Shown one piece after another: positions 37,257 through 48,031 of a DNA stretch of 64,000 nucleotides (its first letter is position 1; each line of letters starts with the position of its first letter). Position numbers and translations under genes: made by a program. This stretch comes from an uncultured Mycoplasmatota bacterium (lineage in GTDB: Bacteria > Bacillota_I > Bacilli_A > RF39 > UBA660). The notes beneath the pieces were generated by a model. That model searched no databases. It was not told the origin of the DNA and saw only the letters and a program-made list of their open reading frames with translations. The stretch spans positions 15,201 through 79,200 of the forward strand of contig CANPIX010000001.1 of the NCBI GenBank assembly GCA_947574215.1. Direction: 5' to 3'.

Positions 37257-38918
37257 TTATTTTGCAATAACTTTGTCGAATCTTGCAAAAATTTGTTCTT
37301 TCCCTAAAATCTGCATGATGCTATAAAGATCTGGTGTCGTTGTAAGGGTTGTAAGAGCAATACGTAAAATATTGGTAACATCGACTACACTTCCTTTATA
37401 AAGCGTTGGATTTTCTTTATACGCTTTCCTATCACTTGCGTAATTCAATGCATCACAAAGTTCTTTAATTCGCTGAAACCATTCTTCTTGTGTGTCTTTT
37501 TCATTATAAATATCTTTGTATTTTGTTAAAATTGTTTTTACTTCTTCTATAGCGTACTCTAAAAAATCAGGGGTAGCGCTTATAAAATATTCAGGATACA
37601 TATACCAAGTCTTATCTTTGATTTCGCTATAATAAGTATAATCTTTTCTTGGCTTTTTTTGTTCTCTTTCTATATTATAAATAGCCATAGAATAGTCTTT
37701 GTATTTTTCTAGAATTGTTGCAAATTCACTATCGTATTTTTTAGCCCATTCTGCTGTTTCTAAATAAACTTCTTCTTTGGTTAAACGACTTATATAATTT
37801 TTAGAGATATTGTCTAACTTATCCAAATCAAATAAAGCTCCACTACTACTCATCTTTTTAGGAGAAAATTCAAATTCAGTGAACAAAGCATCAGGATGAT
37901 TTTCTCTCCAAGCTTCGTAATTGGAATTTGCAATAGTCATAATAGCTTCAATTACGGCAAGATACGGATACCCTTTTTCTTCGTAATAACTCATTCTTGC
38001 TTCTGGGTCTAATCTCTTGGAAATCTTTCGTATTGTATCTCCATCTTTTTTTAGTATCAAAGGAATATGAATGTATTTTGGCATTTTAAAACCAAACGTT
38101 TTAAATAATTCATAATGAACAGGAATCGAACTAATCCATTCTTGTCCACGCACCACGTGGGTTGTACGCATTAAATGATCATCCACCAAATGAGCAAAAT
38201 GATACGTGGGAAGTCCATCCTTACTTTTCATAATTGGAATATCTATATCATTTTCTGGTAATTCCATTTCTCCATTGGCAAGATCATTAAATTTAAATTT
38301 ATGAGTAAAATCTCCACTACTTTTTAAACGAATGGTATAAGCCTCTCCCTTTTTTATTTTTTCAATGGCTTCTTTTGTAGGTAAATCACGATACTTAGCG
38401 TATCTTCCATAAATTCCAATTCTTCTTTTGTCTCTTGCTTGCCCTTCTCTTATTACGTCCATTTCTTCTTGTGTTAAAAAACAAGGATAGGCTTTTCCTT
38501 CTAAAATCAAATGTTTAATAAAAGCTTGGTAAATTTCTTTTCGCTCAGACTGAATATAGGGAGCGTAAATTCCTTTTGTCTCATTTGTATCACGATATTC
38601 ATACTCATCTGGATTCATATCGTATTGTTTCAGTACGCTTCGAATGTATTCAACGGCTCCTTTTACTGTACGTGAAGTATCCGTATCTTCATTACGTAAA
38701 TAAAAAACTCCATTGCTTTTTTTAGCTAAAACATAATCAATGACTAAAGTAAGCATATGGCCAATATGCATAAATCCAGTTGGACTCGGAGCAAAACGAG
38801 TAACACGAGCATTTTCTCCTAGATTTCTCTCTGGATACATTTTTTCATACTCTTCTATTGTTTTGGTAACATTAGGAAAAATTAAATTCGCAAGTTCTTG
38901 TTTATCCATTTTATTCAC
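37257..38918 (-). CDS. gltX: glutamate--tRNA ligase (class I, long form)
   Basis: RFAPSPTGFMHIGH (HIGH motif). KISKRL (KMSKS-like motif). Confidence 0.75.
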   Translation of the reverse strand: MNKMDKQELANLIFPNVTKTIEEYEKMYPERNLGENARVTRFAPSPTGFMHIGHMLTLVIDYVLAKKSNGVFYLRNEDTDTSRTVKGAVEYIRSVLKQYDMNPDEYEYRDTNETKGIYAPYIQSERKEIYQAFIKHLILEGKAYPCFLTQEEMDVIREGQARDKRRIGIYGRYAKYRDLPTKEAIEKIKKGEAYTIRLKSSGDFTHKFKFNDLANGEMELPENDIDIPIMKSKDGLPTYHFAHLVDDHLMRTTHVVRGQEWISSIPVHYELFKTFGFKMPKYIHIPLILKKDGDTIRKISKRLDPEARMSYYEEKGYPYLAVIEAIMTIANSNYEAWRENHPDALFTEFEFSPKKMSSSGALFDLDKLDNISKNYISRLTKEEVYLETAEWAKKYDSEFATILEKYKDYSMAIYNIEREQKKPRKDYTYYSEIKDKTWYMYPEYFISATPDFLEYAIEEVKTILTKYKDIYNEKDTQEEWFQRIKELCDALNYASDRKAYKENPTLYKGSVVDVTNILRIALTTLTTTPDLYSIMQILGKEQIFARFDKVIAK

Positions 38919-39513
38919 TCACTTTCACAAATTCAGCTTTTTTTATTTTTATATCTTTAATAGGTTTGTCGTTAGAGTCAACAAGCGCATTTCCGATAGA
39001 ATCGACAACTTCCATGCCTGCTAGTACACGTCCAAAGGCTGCGTATTCTCCATCCAAATTTTTATTGTCTTCTAACATAATAAAGAATTGACTACTTGCA
39101 CTATCTTTCGCATTAGCTCTAGCCATAGATACAACTCCTCGTTCATGACTTAGATTGTTTTCAACACCATTACTTTTAAATTCTCCTTTTATCGTATTGG
39201 CACTTTTTCCTAAACTTGTTCCATCTCCTGCTTGAATAACAAACCCATGAACAACACGGTGGAAAAGAATGTCATTGTAAAAATCATTTTCTACTAATTT
39301 TTGAAAATTTTTTACACTAATGGGAGCTATATCTGGATACAATTCTATTAGTATTTTTCGCTCATCATCTAATTCTAATAAAACCGTATTAGTTTTCTTA
39401 TTGGTTTCTTGGTATTTTCTATTTTCGTATTCTTCTTTTTCTCCTAAAATTTCTTTATTTCCACAACCACTTATACACAACAACAAGCTAAAAAAAACCA
39501 TTATTTTTTTCAT
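38911..39513 (-). CDS. peptidyl-prolyl cis-trans isomerase, cyclophilin-type lipoprotein
   Basis: Lipobox LCISGCG. FHRVVHGFVIQAGD cyclophilin core. Confidence 0.8.
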   Translation of the reverse strand: MKKIMVFFSLLLCISGCGNKEILGEKEEYENRKYQETNKKTNTVLLELDDERKILIELYPDIAPISVKNFQKLVENDFYNDILFHRVVHGFVIQAGDGTSLGKSANTIKGEFKSNGVENNLSHERGVVSMARANAKDSASSQFFIMLEDNKNLDGEYAAFGRVLAGMEVVDSIGNALVDSNDKPIKDIKIKKAEFVKVSE

Positions 39514-40238
39514 TTCAATTGCACCTTTCTTTTTAAAGTATTTAAATACTCTTTATCTTCTTTTGAAACTCGATAACTATCTCTTATTTTACTAATGGTT
39601 TTATTAAAAGTAAATGTATTTATTTTACTTTTTAGTAAATAATTTAATGTTTTTTCTCTATATTTTGTAAAACACTCACACAAAAGCCAAGCAATTCCCA
39701 TATTGACGTAATATTTATCTAGTTTTATTTCATCCACCAAAGAAAAAATTTTTTCTATATAAGTTTCTTTTATATAAAAATTTAAGAAAACGATTAATCC
39801 TACCCTTACTTTGAATTCTTCTTTGCTTTTTAAAAAATTAGAAAAATAGCAAAACCAAAAATATTCATCTTGTTTTACAATTTTTAGACTATTACAAAAT
39901 CCATCTGTAATCGCCCAGTTATCAATTAAAGAAACATAATCTTCTAAGTATTTTAGAAAGAGATCTTTCTTTTTTATATTTGCAATGACAAATCCTTTAA
40001 TCATAACTTCTTCGTAATAAATGTTTTTTGAATTCTCTAAAAAAGATTTTATATCACCTTTAGCTATGTATTTGGCAATTTTTCTTTGTAGGGGCACACG
40101 TATGCCTAAAATCTCATACTGAGTCGTAGTTAGTTTACTATGAAAATTTTTATAGGTTTCTTCCCCTAAACTTTTTAAATATTCTATATAGGTCAAGTAC
40201 TCTTTTTCTGTCCATTTTTCTTTTATTAAATTTTCCAT
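39510..40238 (-). CDS. DNA alkylation repair protein (AlkD/AlkC-like HEAT-repeat glycosylase family)
   Basis: WAITDGFC motif and helical repeat composition. Confidence 0.55.
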   Translation of the reverse strand: MENLIKEKWTEKEYLTYIEYLKSLGEETYKNFHSKLTTTQYEILGIRVPLQRKIAKYIAKGDIKSFLENSKNIYYEEVMIKGFVIANIKKKDLFLKYLEDYVSLIDNWAITDGFCNSLKIVKQDEYFWFCYFSNFLKSKEEFKVRVGLIVFLNFYIKETYIEKIFSLVDEIKLDKYYVNMGIAWLLCECFTKYREKTLNYLLKSKINTFTFNKTISKIRDSYRVSKEDKEYLNTLKRKVQLK

Positions 40239-40303
40239 ATCTCTAGTATAACAAAAAATATTTCAGATGAAAAAAAATTCTGTATTTATAAATACAAAAC
40301 TTT

Positions 40304-41050
40304 TTATTTTGCTAAGAATAATTTTTTATCTTTTTTGATTAATTGATCTAATAATTCATTTATTTCTTCAATCGTAATAAAATTACTATCTTTTTGTTCT
40401 TCCGTTAAATAATCACGTATATTTTCCATTTGAATCTTTTCATTATACAAATCGTTATAGATTGATTGCTCTAAAGAAGTAATCTCTTCTATAATAAAAT
40501 TTTTATCATATCTACTATAATTTGTTCTTTCTTCTTCTACAACACTCATTCCACTACTCATTTTTAGATTCAGTAACTTATTGTTTATGCAAGGTGCATA
40601 ATAGAATTCTTTTAATTTTGTAACATCTTCTTTATTTGTAGTTTCTAAAACATTATCTACAATTTCTTCAAAATCGAAACACATAAATTCGTCATTAACA
40701 TTAATCAAACACAAATTACGAATACGATATTTTTCTTTTTTAATTTCATAATTGGACTCATTCAATTTTTCTTCTAGTATTTTTAAATCATTTTTACTAT
40801 AAAGTTCATCAATAGAATAATTCTCTGGTAAAGTTAAATCAATAGCTTCCATTACATAATAAGGTACTTTGTAATCAAAAATGTATTGTCCATTGTTTTC
40901 AGGAATTTCATTGTATTCAAAATAAGAAGTGGCCTTATATTCTATTTCTGAATAAGAAATTACAAAATTTTCATCACTAATTCCTTTATATTCATAAATT
41001 TTTTCTAAATATTTATCTGTATCTTTACGGGAAATATAATCATAAAACAC
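40304..41050 (-). CDS. hypothetical acidic protein
   Basis: ORF only. Confidence 0.3.
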   Translation of the reverse strand: MFYDYISRKDTDKYLEKIYEYKGISDENFVISYSEIEYKATSYFEYNEIPENNGQYIFDYKVPYYVMEAIDLTLPENYSIDELYSKNDLKILEEKLNESNYEIKKEKYRIRNLCLINVNDEFMCFDFEEIVDNVLETTNKEDVTKLKEFYYAPCINNKLLNLKMSSGMSVVEEERTNYSRYDKNFIIEEITSLEQSIYNDLYNEKIQMENIRDYLTEEQKDSNFITIEEINELLDQLIKKDKKLFLAK

Positions 41051-41100
41051 ATTATCATTTACAAAATGGTGTTTTACACTTCCATCTGGAAAATTTTCTA

Positions 41101-41331
41101 CTAAACATTACAATACAGTAAGCTAATTTCTTTTTTCGAGCGTTCTTCTGCTATTCTTTGTTGTTCTAATCTTTCTTGTTCTTCTTTATAATTTTCACAT
41201 ATCTTATCAATTGATATACTACTTAACGTAAGTATAATTCCTAATTGGAGAGCACAAACACTTGCTATTCTTTTTTTCCATTCTTCTTTAGGAATAAGAC
41301 CTTTTAAATCTTGTATTTTTTTTATAATCAT
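41101..41331 (-). CDS. hypothetical small protein
   Basis: ORF only. Confidence 0.25.
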   Translation of the reverse strand: MIIKKIQDLKGLIPKEEWKKRIASVCALQLGIILTLSSISIDKICENYKEEQERLEQQRIAEERSKKEISLLYCNV

Positions 41332-41468
41332 TTTCTTTCTCCTTTAAAAGTTCCGTATGTAATTTTCAAATTCTTCTCAAATAATATAACCATTTGGCAA
41401 GGAATTTATAAAAAGAATTTCTTGTTGATTTTAATAAAAAACATTTTGATTTTATTCATTTCATTGTC

Positions 41469-42359
41469 TTATTCTACAAATTCTTGTTCATAAATTAAAT
41501 CTATATTGTATTCTTTCTTAACGGCTTCTTTTATTTCTAAAATTAGTTTTTTTACATCTTTACCAGTTGCATTCCCTCTATTAATAATGAAATTGGCATG
41601 TTTTTGGCTTACTTCGGCATTCCCTATTTTTTTTCCTTTAAAACCCAAGGCATCAATAAGTTCCCAAGCGGATTTTTCTTTTGGATTGCGAAAAACACTT
41701 CCTGCTGATGGATATTCAAGAGGTTGTGCTTCCCATCTCTTTTCTCTTCGTTTCTTTATAATTTCTAGTATTTCCTCTTTATTTTTCTTCTCTAATTGAA
41801 ACTCAACTTCCAAACAAATAAAATCACTTTTGTATTGTAAATAAGAACTTCGATAGCAAAATTTCAACTCTTCTTTTGTAAATCTTTTTATTTCATCATC
41901 CTTTGTAAGAACTTTAGCGGCTATTACTACACTCGCCATATCGCTTCCATAGGCTCCTGCGTTATTTATAAGAGATCCACCTACACTTCCTGGTATTCCA
42001 CTTGCAAATTCTAAACCACTAAGTCCTAAATTAGCTGTTTCAAAAGCAAGTTTCATTAAGGAATATCCAGCGCCTACAATTACTTTTTCTTCTTCTATTT
42101 TTAAATTATTAAAAGAATCTAAAGAAATTAAAACGCCATCAAAAGTACTAGAGACAAAAATTAAGTTAGAACCTTTACCAATGACTTTATAACGAATGGA
42201 TTCTGTCTTTAAAATTTTTATGACGTCTCTTAAAGAAGATTCATTTTTGGGTTTTATAAGATATCTTACCTTACAACTAATTTTAAAAGTTGTATACTCT
42301 TTTATATCAACATTTTCAAGTATTTCTATGTCTTGTATTTTTCTTAACTTTTCTTTCAT
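41469..42359 (-). CDS. murB: UDP-N-acetylenolpyruvoylglucosamine reductase
   Basis: FAD-binding GKGSNLIF. GAGYSL. SAGSVFRNP. Confidence 0.85.
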   Translation of the reverse strand: MKEKLRKIQDIEILENVDIKEYTTFKISCKVRYLIKPKNESSLRDVIKILKTESIRYKVIGKGSNLIFVSSTFDGVLISLDSFNNLKIEEEKVIVGAGYSLMKLAFETANLGLSGLEFASGIPGSVGGSLINNAGAYGSDMASVVIAAKVLTKDDEIKRFTKEELKFCYRSSYLQYKSDFICLEVEFQLEKKNKEEILEIIKKRREKRWEAQPLEYPSAGSVFRNPKEKSAWELIDALGFKGKKIGNAEVSQKHANFIINRGNATGKDVKKLILEIKEAVKKEYNIDLIYEQEFVE

Positions 42360-42398
42360 ATTTTTCCTCTTATTTCATTGTATTCCAAATAAATTTAT

Positions 42399-43280
42399 TT
42401 AACTAATTAGAGTCATCCAAACAATACAAACCACTCCAACCAGTAAAGAAATTATCTTTTTCCAATTCATTTTATCCGTTTTGCGAATGACAGAAAAAAG
42501 AACAACAATAAAAAGCTGTAATTTCATAAGTAAAGTAATAATAACAGGTGTTCCATTGGCGTAAGCAATGGCACTTAAAATGGTCGTAAGTGAATAAAGA
42601 AAACCTAGTAGCAAAAGAGTACTCCAAAATGCTTTTTTCTCACTTTTTTCCATTTTTTCTATACTTTTCTTTTTCTTTTCTTTTAAAAATAAGAAATAAT
42701 AAATGGGTATAGCAACGAAATAAAACACAAAATTAATACCATATTCGTTACCACCTTTACTAGTTGCGAGTTTTAAAAAATAAGGTTCTGATGCATAAAA
42801 AATCGTCGAAGTAATTAAAATAAAGATATTTCTTAAATCTATTTTTTTATTTGTAATTTCATTTTTCATTTTATTGGTTTCATAAGAAAAAATATAAATG
42901 GCAATAAAAAAGATAACAAATAGAATTAAAAAAATAAGCTTTGGTTTTATATAGCCTAAAAAAATATCACAAAGTAAAATTAGAAATAAACTACCTGAAT
43001 CTATTAAATTGGCAAGTCCTATTGGTAAAGTTTGAATGGCGATGGCGTAACAAAAATCTCCCCCTACCATAGCAAATGCATAAAGAATCACAACGCCAAA
43101 AGAGATAAGAGACATTTCAATACTATTAAATAAAGAAAAGATACAAACAAATATTCCAATCATAAGATTTACCCAAAACAAATATTCTGCTTCATTATAT
43201 TTAAGAAGTAGTTTTTCTTCTAATGTATCTCCAATAGAATGGATGGTGGTCCACAAAAGGGCCGCTTTTTTCCCGCTCAT
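42399..43280 (-). CDS. polytopic membrane protein (DMT/EamA-like)
   Basis: About 10 hydrophobic helices. Confidence 0.4.
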   Translation of the reverse strand: MSGKKAALLWTTIHSIGDTLEEKLLLKYNEAEYLFWVNLMIGIFVCIFSLFNSIEMSLISFGVVILYAFAMVGGDFCYAIAIQTLPIGLANLIDSGSLFLILLCDIFLGYIKPKLIFLILFVIFFIAIYIFSYETNKMKNEITNKKIDLRNIFILITSTIFYASEPYFLKLATSKGGNEYGINFVFYFVAIPIYYFLFLKEKKKKSIEKMEKSEKKAFWSTLLLLGFLYSLTTILSAIAYANGTPVIITLLMKLQLFIVVLFSVIRKTDKMNWKKIISLLVGVVCIVWMTLIS

Positions 43281-43423
43281 AAAATCACACCTATTCTTAT
43301 TTTTAGTATAGCAAAAAGAAAAAAAGAAGTAAAATTTTGATGTAAAGTATAAGCAAACATTTTACATTTTTACTGCCAAATCTTACCAGTTGTTTTTTAC
43401 TATTCTTTTGTTATAATTTTTAT

Positions 43424-43437
43424 AGAACGTTTGTTCG
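43424..43437 (+). promoter_or_regulatory. LexA/DinR (Cheo) box AGAACGTTTGTTCG
   Basis: Matches the Firmicute SOS-box consensus GAAC-N4-GTTC. Lies just downstream of a TATAAT (43412-43417) and 11 nt before the Y-family polymerase start. Confidence 0.6.
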
Positions 43438-43447
43438 TGGTGATGTT

Positions 43448-44701
43448 ATGAAAAAAGAAAGACATTTTTTGTGTATTGATTTAAAAAGTTTTTTTGCCTC
43501 CGTTGAATGTGTCAATCGTGGATTGAATCCCTTTACCACTCCTTTGGTGGTTGCTAATAAAAAACAAGGAAGTGGAGCTATTACACTTGCTGTTAGCCCT
43601 TACTTAAAAAAGAAAGGGATAAAGGGACGGACAAGACTTTATGAAATCCCTAAAAATATTTCTTATATTGTTGTAAATCCTAGAATGAAACTTTATTTGG
43701 AAAAATCCAAAGAAGTCGTAAGTATTTACTTAGATTATGTAGCCAAAGAAGATTTACATATTTACTCAATTGATGAGTGTTTTTTGGATGTTACGGATTA
43801 TTTACATCTTTATAAAAAAAACGACTATGAATTAGCTCTTGATATTTTAAAAACCATTCAAAGAAAAACAGGACTCACTGCAACTTGTGGAATTGGTCCT
43901 AATATGCTTCTTGCTAAAGTCTCTATGGATATGGATGCTAAGCATAGCCCAAATTGTATTAGCAAATGGACAATGGAAGATATTCAATCAAAATTGTGGC
44001 CTATTACTCCCCTATCCAAAATGTGGGGAATTGGAGAACGTATGGAAATACGTTTGAATGCTTTAGGCATCTTTTCGATACAAGATCTTGCGTTGTATGA
44101 TCAAAACAAATTAAAAGAAAAGTTTGGAGTTATGGGGCTAGAGTTATGGAATCATGCGAATGGAATGGATAGTTCCTGTATAAGAGATTTTGAAAGTAAA
44201 AAACAAGAAAAATCTTTTAGTCATAGTCAAGTTTTATTTAAAGATTATTATTACGAAAATACTAAATTAATTATCGAAGAAATGGTCGAAGTTTTGAGTA
44301 ATAGACTTCGCGAAAATAATTACGAGACGTCTTCTATTGGATTAGGTATTCAATATTCCAAAACAATTGGGGATGGCTTTTATCATCATACCAAATTAGA
44401 AATCGCTACCATGAAGGAACAAATCATTCAAGAGACTTGTTTTTTACTTTTCGATCGTTATTATGAAAATTTACCAGTTCGTAAAGCAAGTATCTCACTT
44501 GGAAATTTGAGTAAGCCTCTTGGAATGCAACTCAATTTATTTGAGAGTTATGAAGAAAGTAAGAGACAACAAAATAGGAATAAAGCTATTGATGAAGTAA
44601 AACTTAAATTTGGAAAAAATAGTCTTTTAAAAGCAGTAAATTTATTAGAAGATTCTACCATTATTGAACGAAATAAAAAAATAGGAGGACATCATGAATA
44701 A
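43448..44701 (+). CDS. Y-family DNA polymerase (DinB/UmuC-like)
   Basis: CIDLKSFFASVECV N-terminal motif. Catalytic SIDECFLDV. Confidence 0.8.
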   Translation: MKKERHFLCIDLKSFFASVECVNRGLNPFTTPLVVANKKQGSGAITLAVSPYLKKKGIKGRTRLYEIPKNISYIVVNPRMKLYLEKSKEVVSIYLDYVAKEDLHIYSIDECFLDVTDYLHLYKKNDYELALDILKTIQRKTGLTATCGIGPNMLLAKVSMDMDAKHSPNCISKWTMEDIQSKLWPITPLSKMWGIGERMEIRLNALGIFSIQDLALYDQNKLKEKFGVMGLELWNHANGMDSSCIRDFESKKQEKSFSHSQVLFKDYYYENTKLIIEEMVEVLSNRLRENNYETSSIGLGIQYSKTIGDGFYHHTKLEIATMKEQIIQETCFLLFDRYYENLPVRKASISLGNLSKPLGMQLNLFESYEESKRQQNRNKAIDEVKLKFGKNSLLKAVNLLEDSTIIERNKKIGGHHE

Positions 44702-45014
44702 AGATCGTGGCATTATAAAATGGATGCCTTTTGAAAGTTTGACGCCAAGTAAAAAAATTATTGATTGTATTTTAAATGAAAAAGAAAAAATAGAAAAGCC
44801 CACGCTTTCTTTAGAGCAACAACAAGAAATTGAAGAAAAATTGATAATTGCTTTTTACGAGCAAGAGAAAATCACTATAAAATTTTATCAAAATGGAACG
44901 ATTAAAAGTGTTATTTCTTTTATTAAATTCCTAGATGCCACTTATAAAAAAATTGTCCTTCAAAATAAAAGAACAATCCTTTTTAGTCAAATTATAGAAA
45001 TTTCTTTTTCTTAA
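44694..45014 (+). CDS. YolD-like protein (UmuD-functional-analogue partner of Y-family polymerase)
   Basis: IKWMPFESL motif. Overlaps the polymerase gene by 8 nt. Confidence 0.65.
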   Translation: MNKDRGIIKWMPFESLTPSKKIIDCILNEKEKIEKPTLSLEQQQEIEEKLIIAFYEQEKITIKFYQNGTIKSVISFIKFLDATYKKIVLQNKRTILFSQIIEISFS

Positions 45015-45026
45015 TTGTATAGTTTT

Positions 45027-46235
45027 TTATTTCATATAGCGAATTTCAAATGTAGTTCCCATTTCTTTTTTAGAATTTACTTTAATTAGACCATTATCTT
45101 TTTCAATTATTTTCTTGGCCAAACTAAGACCTATTCCAATACTATCGTTTTTACTATTTTCTCCTTTGTAAAAACGTTTGAAAATATTTTGTAAATCCTT
45201 TTTACTCATTCCTATTCCATCATCTGTTATACTAATTTTTGTATAAAGTGCATTATCAAAAACATTTATTTGAACATTTCCTTTTTCTTTGGAATGTTCT
45301 ATTGCGTTTTTTAAAATATTTGTAATAGCTTCTAATTCCCAATGATAATCTCCTACAAAAGAAGTTTTTTTATCCCCTTCCAACGTTAAATTTACTTTTT
45401 TTTCTTGATTTAAAATACTAACGTTTTGAAAGGCATGAGTGATTAATTTTTCTATCAAAATTGGTTCTTTTTTAAATTCTACTACATCTGCGTCAAATCT
45501 CGATATTTTTAAAAGAGAGACAATTAAAAAATGAATCGTTTCAACCTGATGTTGAACGTTTTTTATAAACTCTGCTTTGGTAATCTCCTCCATATTCGGA
45601 TTATCAATAATATTATCTAACATGATTAAAATAGAAGTTAACGGTGTTTTTAATTGATGTGAAATATCAGAAATGGAATCTTTCAAGGCAAGCTTTTCTA
45701 GACGAAGATTCTCACTTTCCTCTCGAAGCATTATAGTCATTTTGTAAACTTCATTTTTTAAAATAGATAAAGATCCTTCCCCATTATCGGTAATAGCAAG
45801 AAGATAATTTTTATGATTTATTTCTTTCATATAATGAATAATTTCTTCAATATTATGTTCTTTTTTTCTATAATAAAAATAAAAAAGAGAAAGAAAGACA
45901 ATTAAAACAAGAGCTGTAAAACCAATATTATAAAACAAATGCAATTGATAATTTTTTTCCATGTTGTATAGAATAGAACTTTCTTTTTCAATTCCATATT
46001 TTTGGAACATATCCAAATACTCTATTGTTTCACGGTGATTTACTAATTTTATTAATTCTTCTTCTGGAATGGAAGGATATTTTTCTTTAATTATTGATAG
46101 AATTCCATAAACGTACTCATTTACATTTTTTTTATATTGTTTGTATTGTTTCTGAGTCAAGAAAAAAGAACCTAAACTAAAAAGAAAGCAAAAGGTTAAA
46201 CTAACAAAAAATATTTTTATTCGTTCTTGTTTCAT
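45027..46235 (-). CDS. sensor histidine kinase
   Basis: Two TM helices, H-box ISHQLKTPLTSI, and an ATPase domain. Confidence 0.8.
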   Translation of the reverse strand: MKQERIKIFFVSLTFCFLFSLGSFFLTQKQYKQYKKNVNEYVYGILSIIKEKYPSIPEEELIKLVNHRETIEYLDMFQKYGIEKESSILYNMEKNYQLHLFYNIGFTALVLIVFLSLFYFYYRKKEHNIEEIIHYMKEINHKNYLLAITDNGEGSLSILKNEVYKMTIMLREESENLRLEKLALKDSISDISHQLKTPLTSILIMLDNIIDNPNMEEITKAEFIKNVQHQVETIHFLIVSLLKISRFDADVVEFKKEPILIEKLITHAFQNVSILNQEKKVNLTLEGDKKTSFVGDYHWELEAITNILKNAIEHSKEKGNVQINVFDNALYTKISITDDGIGMSKKDLQNIFKRFYKGENSKNDSIGIGLSLAKKIIEKDNGLIKVNSKKEMGTTFEIRYMK

Positions 46236-46903
46236 TCTCGATCCACTCTATATCCTATTCCTTTTATTGTTTTTATCATACCATCACTCTCTAGTTTTTC
46301 ACGAATTCTTTTAATATAAACAGTGAGCGTATTGTCATTTACATAATTAGAAGATTCATCCCAAATACAATCGAAAATGGCTTCTCTTGTGATCACTCTT
46401 CCTACATTTTCACAAAGCAATAAAAAGATTTTGTATTCTAAAGAGGTTAAAGGAACTTCCTTAGAATTTCGCATTACTCTTCTACTTTCCAAATGAATTT
46501 CTATATCTTGAATACGAATGATTTTTTCTATTTTCTTATGATTTTTTAATGCATTTTGAATTCGTAATAATAATTCACGATTTCGAAAAGGTTTTACAAT
46601 ATAATCCACCGCTCCTAATTCTAAGCCATGTACAATATCATCTTCTAAATCTTTAGCTGTTAAGAAAATAACAGGAACAGAAATTTTTTCTTTCATTTGT
46701 TCATAAAAAGAGAAACCATCTCCATCAGGCAAAGTAACATCTAATAAAATCAAATCAAAATTTTTAGTTAGTATAATGCTCTTGGCTAAAGAAAGATTTT
46801 TAGCATGCAAAAGAAGATATTCATTTTGCATAAATAAATAATCTAAACCTTTTTTTATATCTTCATTGTCTTCAATTAAAAGAATTGTTTTCATAATTTT
46901 CAT
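46232..46903 (-). CDS. OmpR-family response regulator
   Basis: REC domain (LLDVTLPDGDG) and a winged-helix C-domain. Confidence 0.8.
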   Translation of the reverse strand: MKIMKTILLIEDNEDIKKGLDYLFMQNEYLLLHAKNLSLAKSIILTKNFDLILLDVTLPDGDGFSFYEQMKEKISVPVIFLTAKDLEDDIVHGLELGAVDYIVKPFRNRELLLRIQNALKNHKKIEKIIRIQDIEIHLESRRVMRNSKEVPLTSLEYKIFLLLCENVGRVITREAIFDCIWDESSNYVNDNTLTVYIKRIREKLESDGMIKTIKGIGYRVDRE

Positions 46904-46969
46904 CCTTTTTTTCTAAGTTTATTGTATTTGGTATTTTTTGAATTCGCAAGCAATAATCCATTTTCAATT

Positions 46970-48028
46970 TCATTTTAATTTTAATAAATAGCTATTGTTT
47001 ATTAAAAGCGTACTATATAAAAACAAAACGTCTTTATTATTAAAATCCATCTTATGGCTTAGTTTCTCCATAGAAATATATCGTAAGTCAATTAAAGTTA
47101 TTTTTTTATAATAGGGAAGAAGTAAAGGAGCTAAACTACTGCCAAAAGAGTCTCGAAACAAAATCAGTTCCTTATCGCTTGAAGAAATGGTATTTTCTAT
47201 TTCAATAAAACTACTAGGCCCTCTTAAAAAAACGTTGTAGGAATCTATAGAGTTCAATTGTTCTTTAGAATATACTTCATTTTCATCAAATTCTAAATGT
47301 TTAACGATGGCTTTTTTGGTTACTTCATTTTCTAAATAAACTAAATCTTCTTTTTTTGAAAATGGCATTTTGCTAGCGGAAGAACCTAAAAAGTTTTTAA
47401 ATGTATTTTTTTGGTATGTTAATTTCGTTGGAATAAACTGTAGCGTTTTTCCTAAAGAATCTATAATTTTAAAATAGGAAGGTTGTTTTATATGAATGTC
47501 AGTTTTGTAATAGTCCTCAAGTGTAAAAAAAGAAATACTATCTATATAGGTCATATTCAAATTTTCCTTAAGATTTTCAACAAGAGAATTAAAATTTAAT
47601 TTTAACCCTTTTCCTTCTTTCAAAAAATAACTTTTGTCAGGTAAGATAGAATAAAAACAAGGATGGTTTAGAAAATATTTTTCTTGAATTTCTTTTATTC
47701 CTGTGACAAAATGATCTATACTTTTTTGATCCAAAGGATAATTTTGTTCAATGAAATATCCCTTTTGATTGTAAACGTTTTGATAAGTTTTGTTTTGCAA
47801 TAAATAACGATGAGTTATTTGATTTGTGGCTAAAAAGAAATCGTGAAAAGGAAATTGATCACTCCAATACGCCTCTAAATTTTTAGGAAAATCTTCTTTT
47901 ACTTTTTCTTTTGTAGTTAATTTTCTTCGCTCCAAAATAGAAATACTTTTTTCTTTTGAAATCAAACTGAAAAAAGCAAAGCCAAATACAAAAAGCAAAA
48001 AGAAGATTGCAAATACTTTTTCTTTCAT
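46970..48028 (-). CDS. DltD/DHHW-like O-acyltransferase accessory protein (MBOAT partner)
   Basis: Signal anchor. TDIHI motif (DHHW-like) and RDSFGSS. Adjacent to an MBOAT gene. Confidence 0.45.
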   Translation of the reverse strand: MKEKVFAIFFLLFVFGFAFFSLISKEKSISILERRKLTTKEKVKEDFPKNLEAYWSDQFPFHDFFLATNQITHRYLLQNKTYQNVYNQKGYFIEQNYPLDQKSIDHFVTGIKEIQEKYFLNHPCFYSILPDKSYFLKEGKGLKLNFNSLVENLKENLNMTYIDSISFFTLEDYYKTDIHIKQPSYFKIIDSLGKTLQFIPTKLTYQKNTFKNFLGSSASKMPFSKKEDLVYLENEVTKKAIVKHLEFDENEVYSKEQLNSIDSYNVFLRGPSSFIEIENTISSSDKELILFRDSFGSSLAPLLLPYYKKITLIDLRYISMEKLSHKMDFNNKDVLFLYSTLLINNSYLLKLK

Positions 48029-48031
48029 AAA

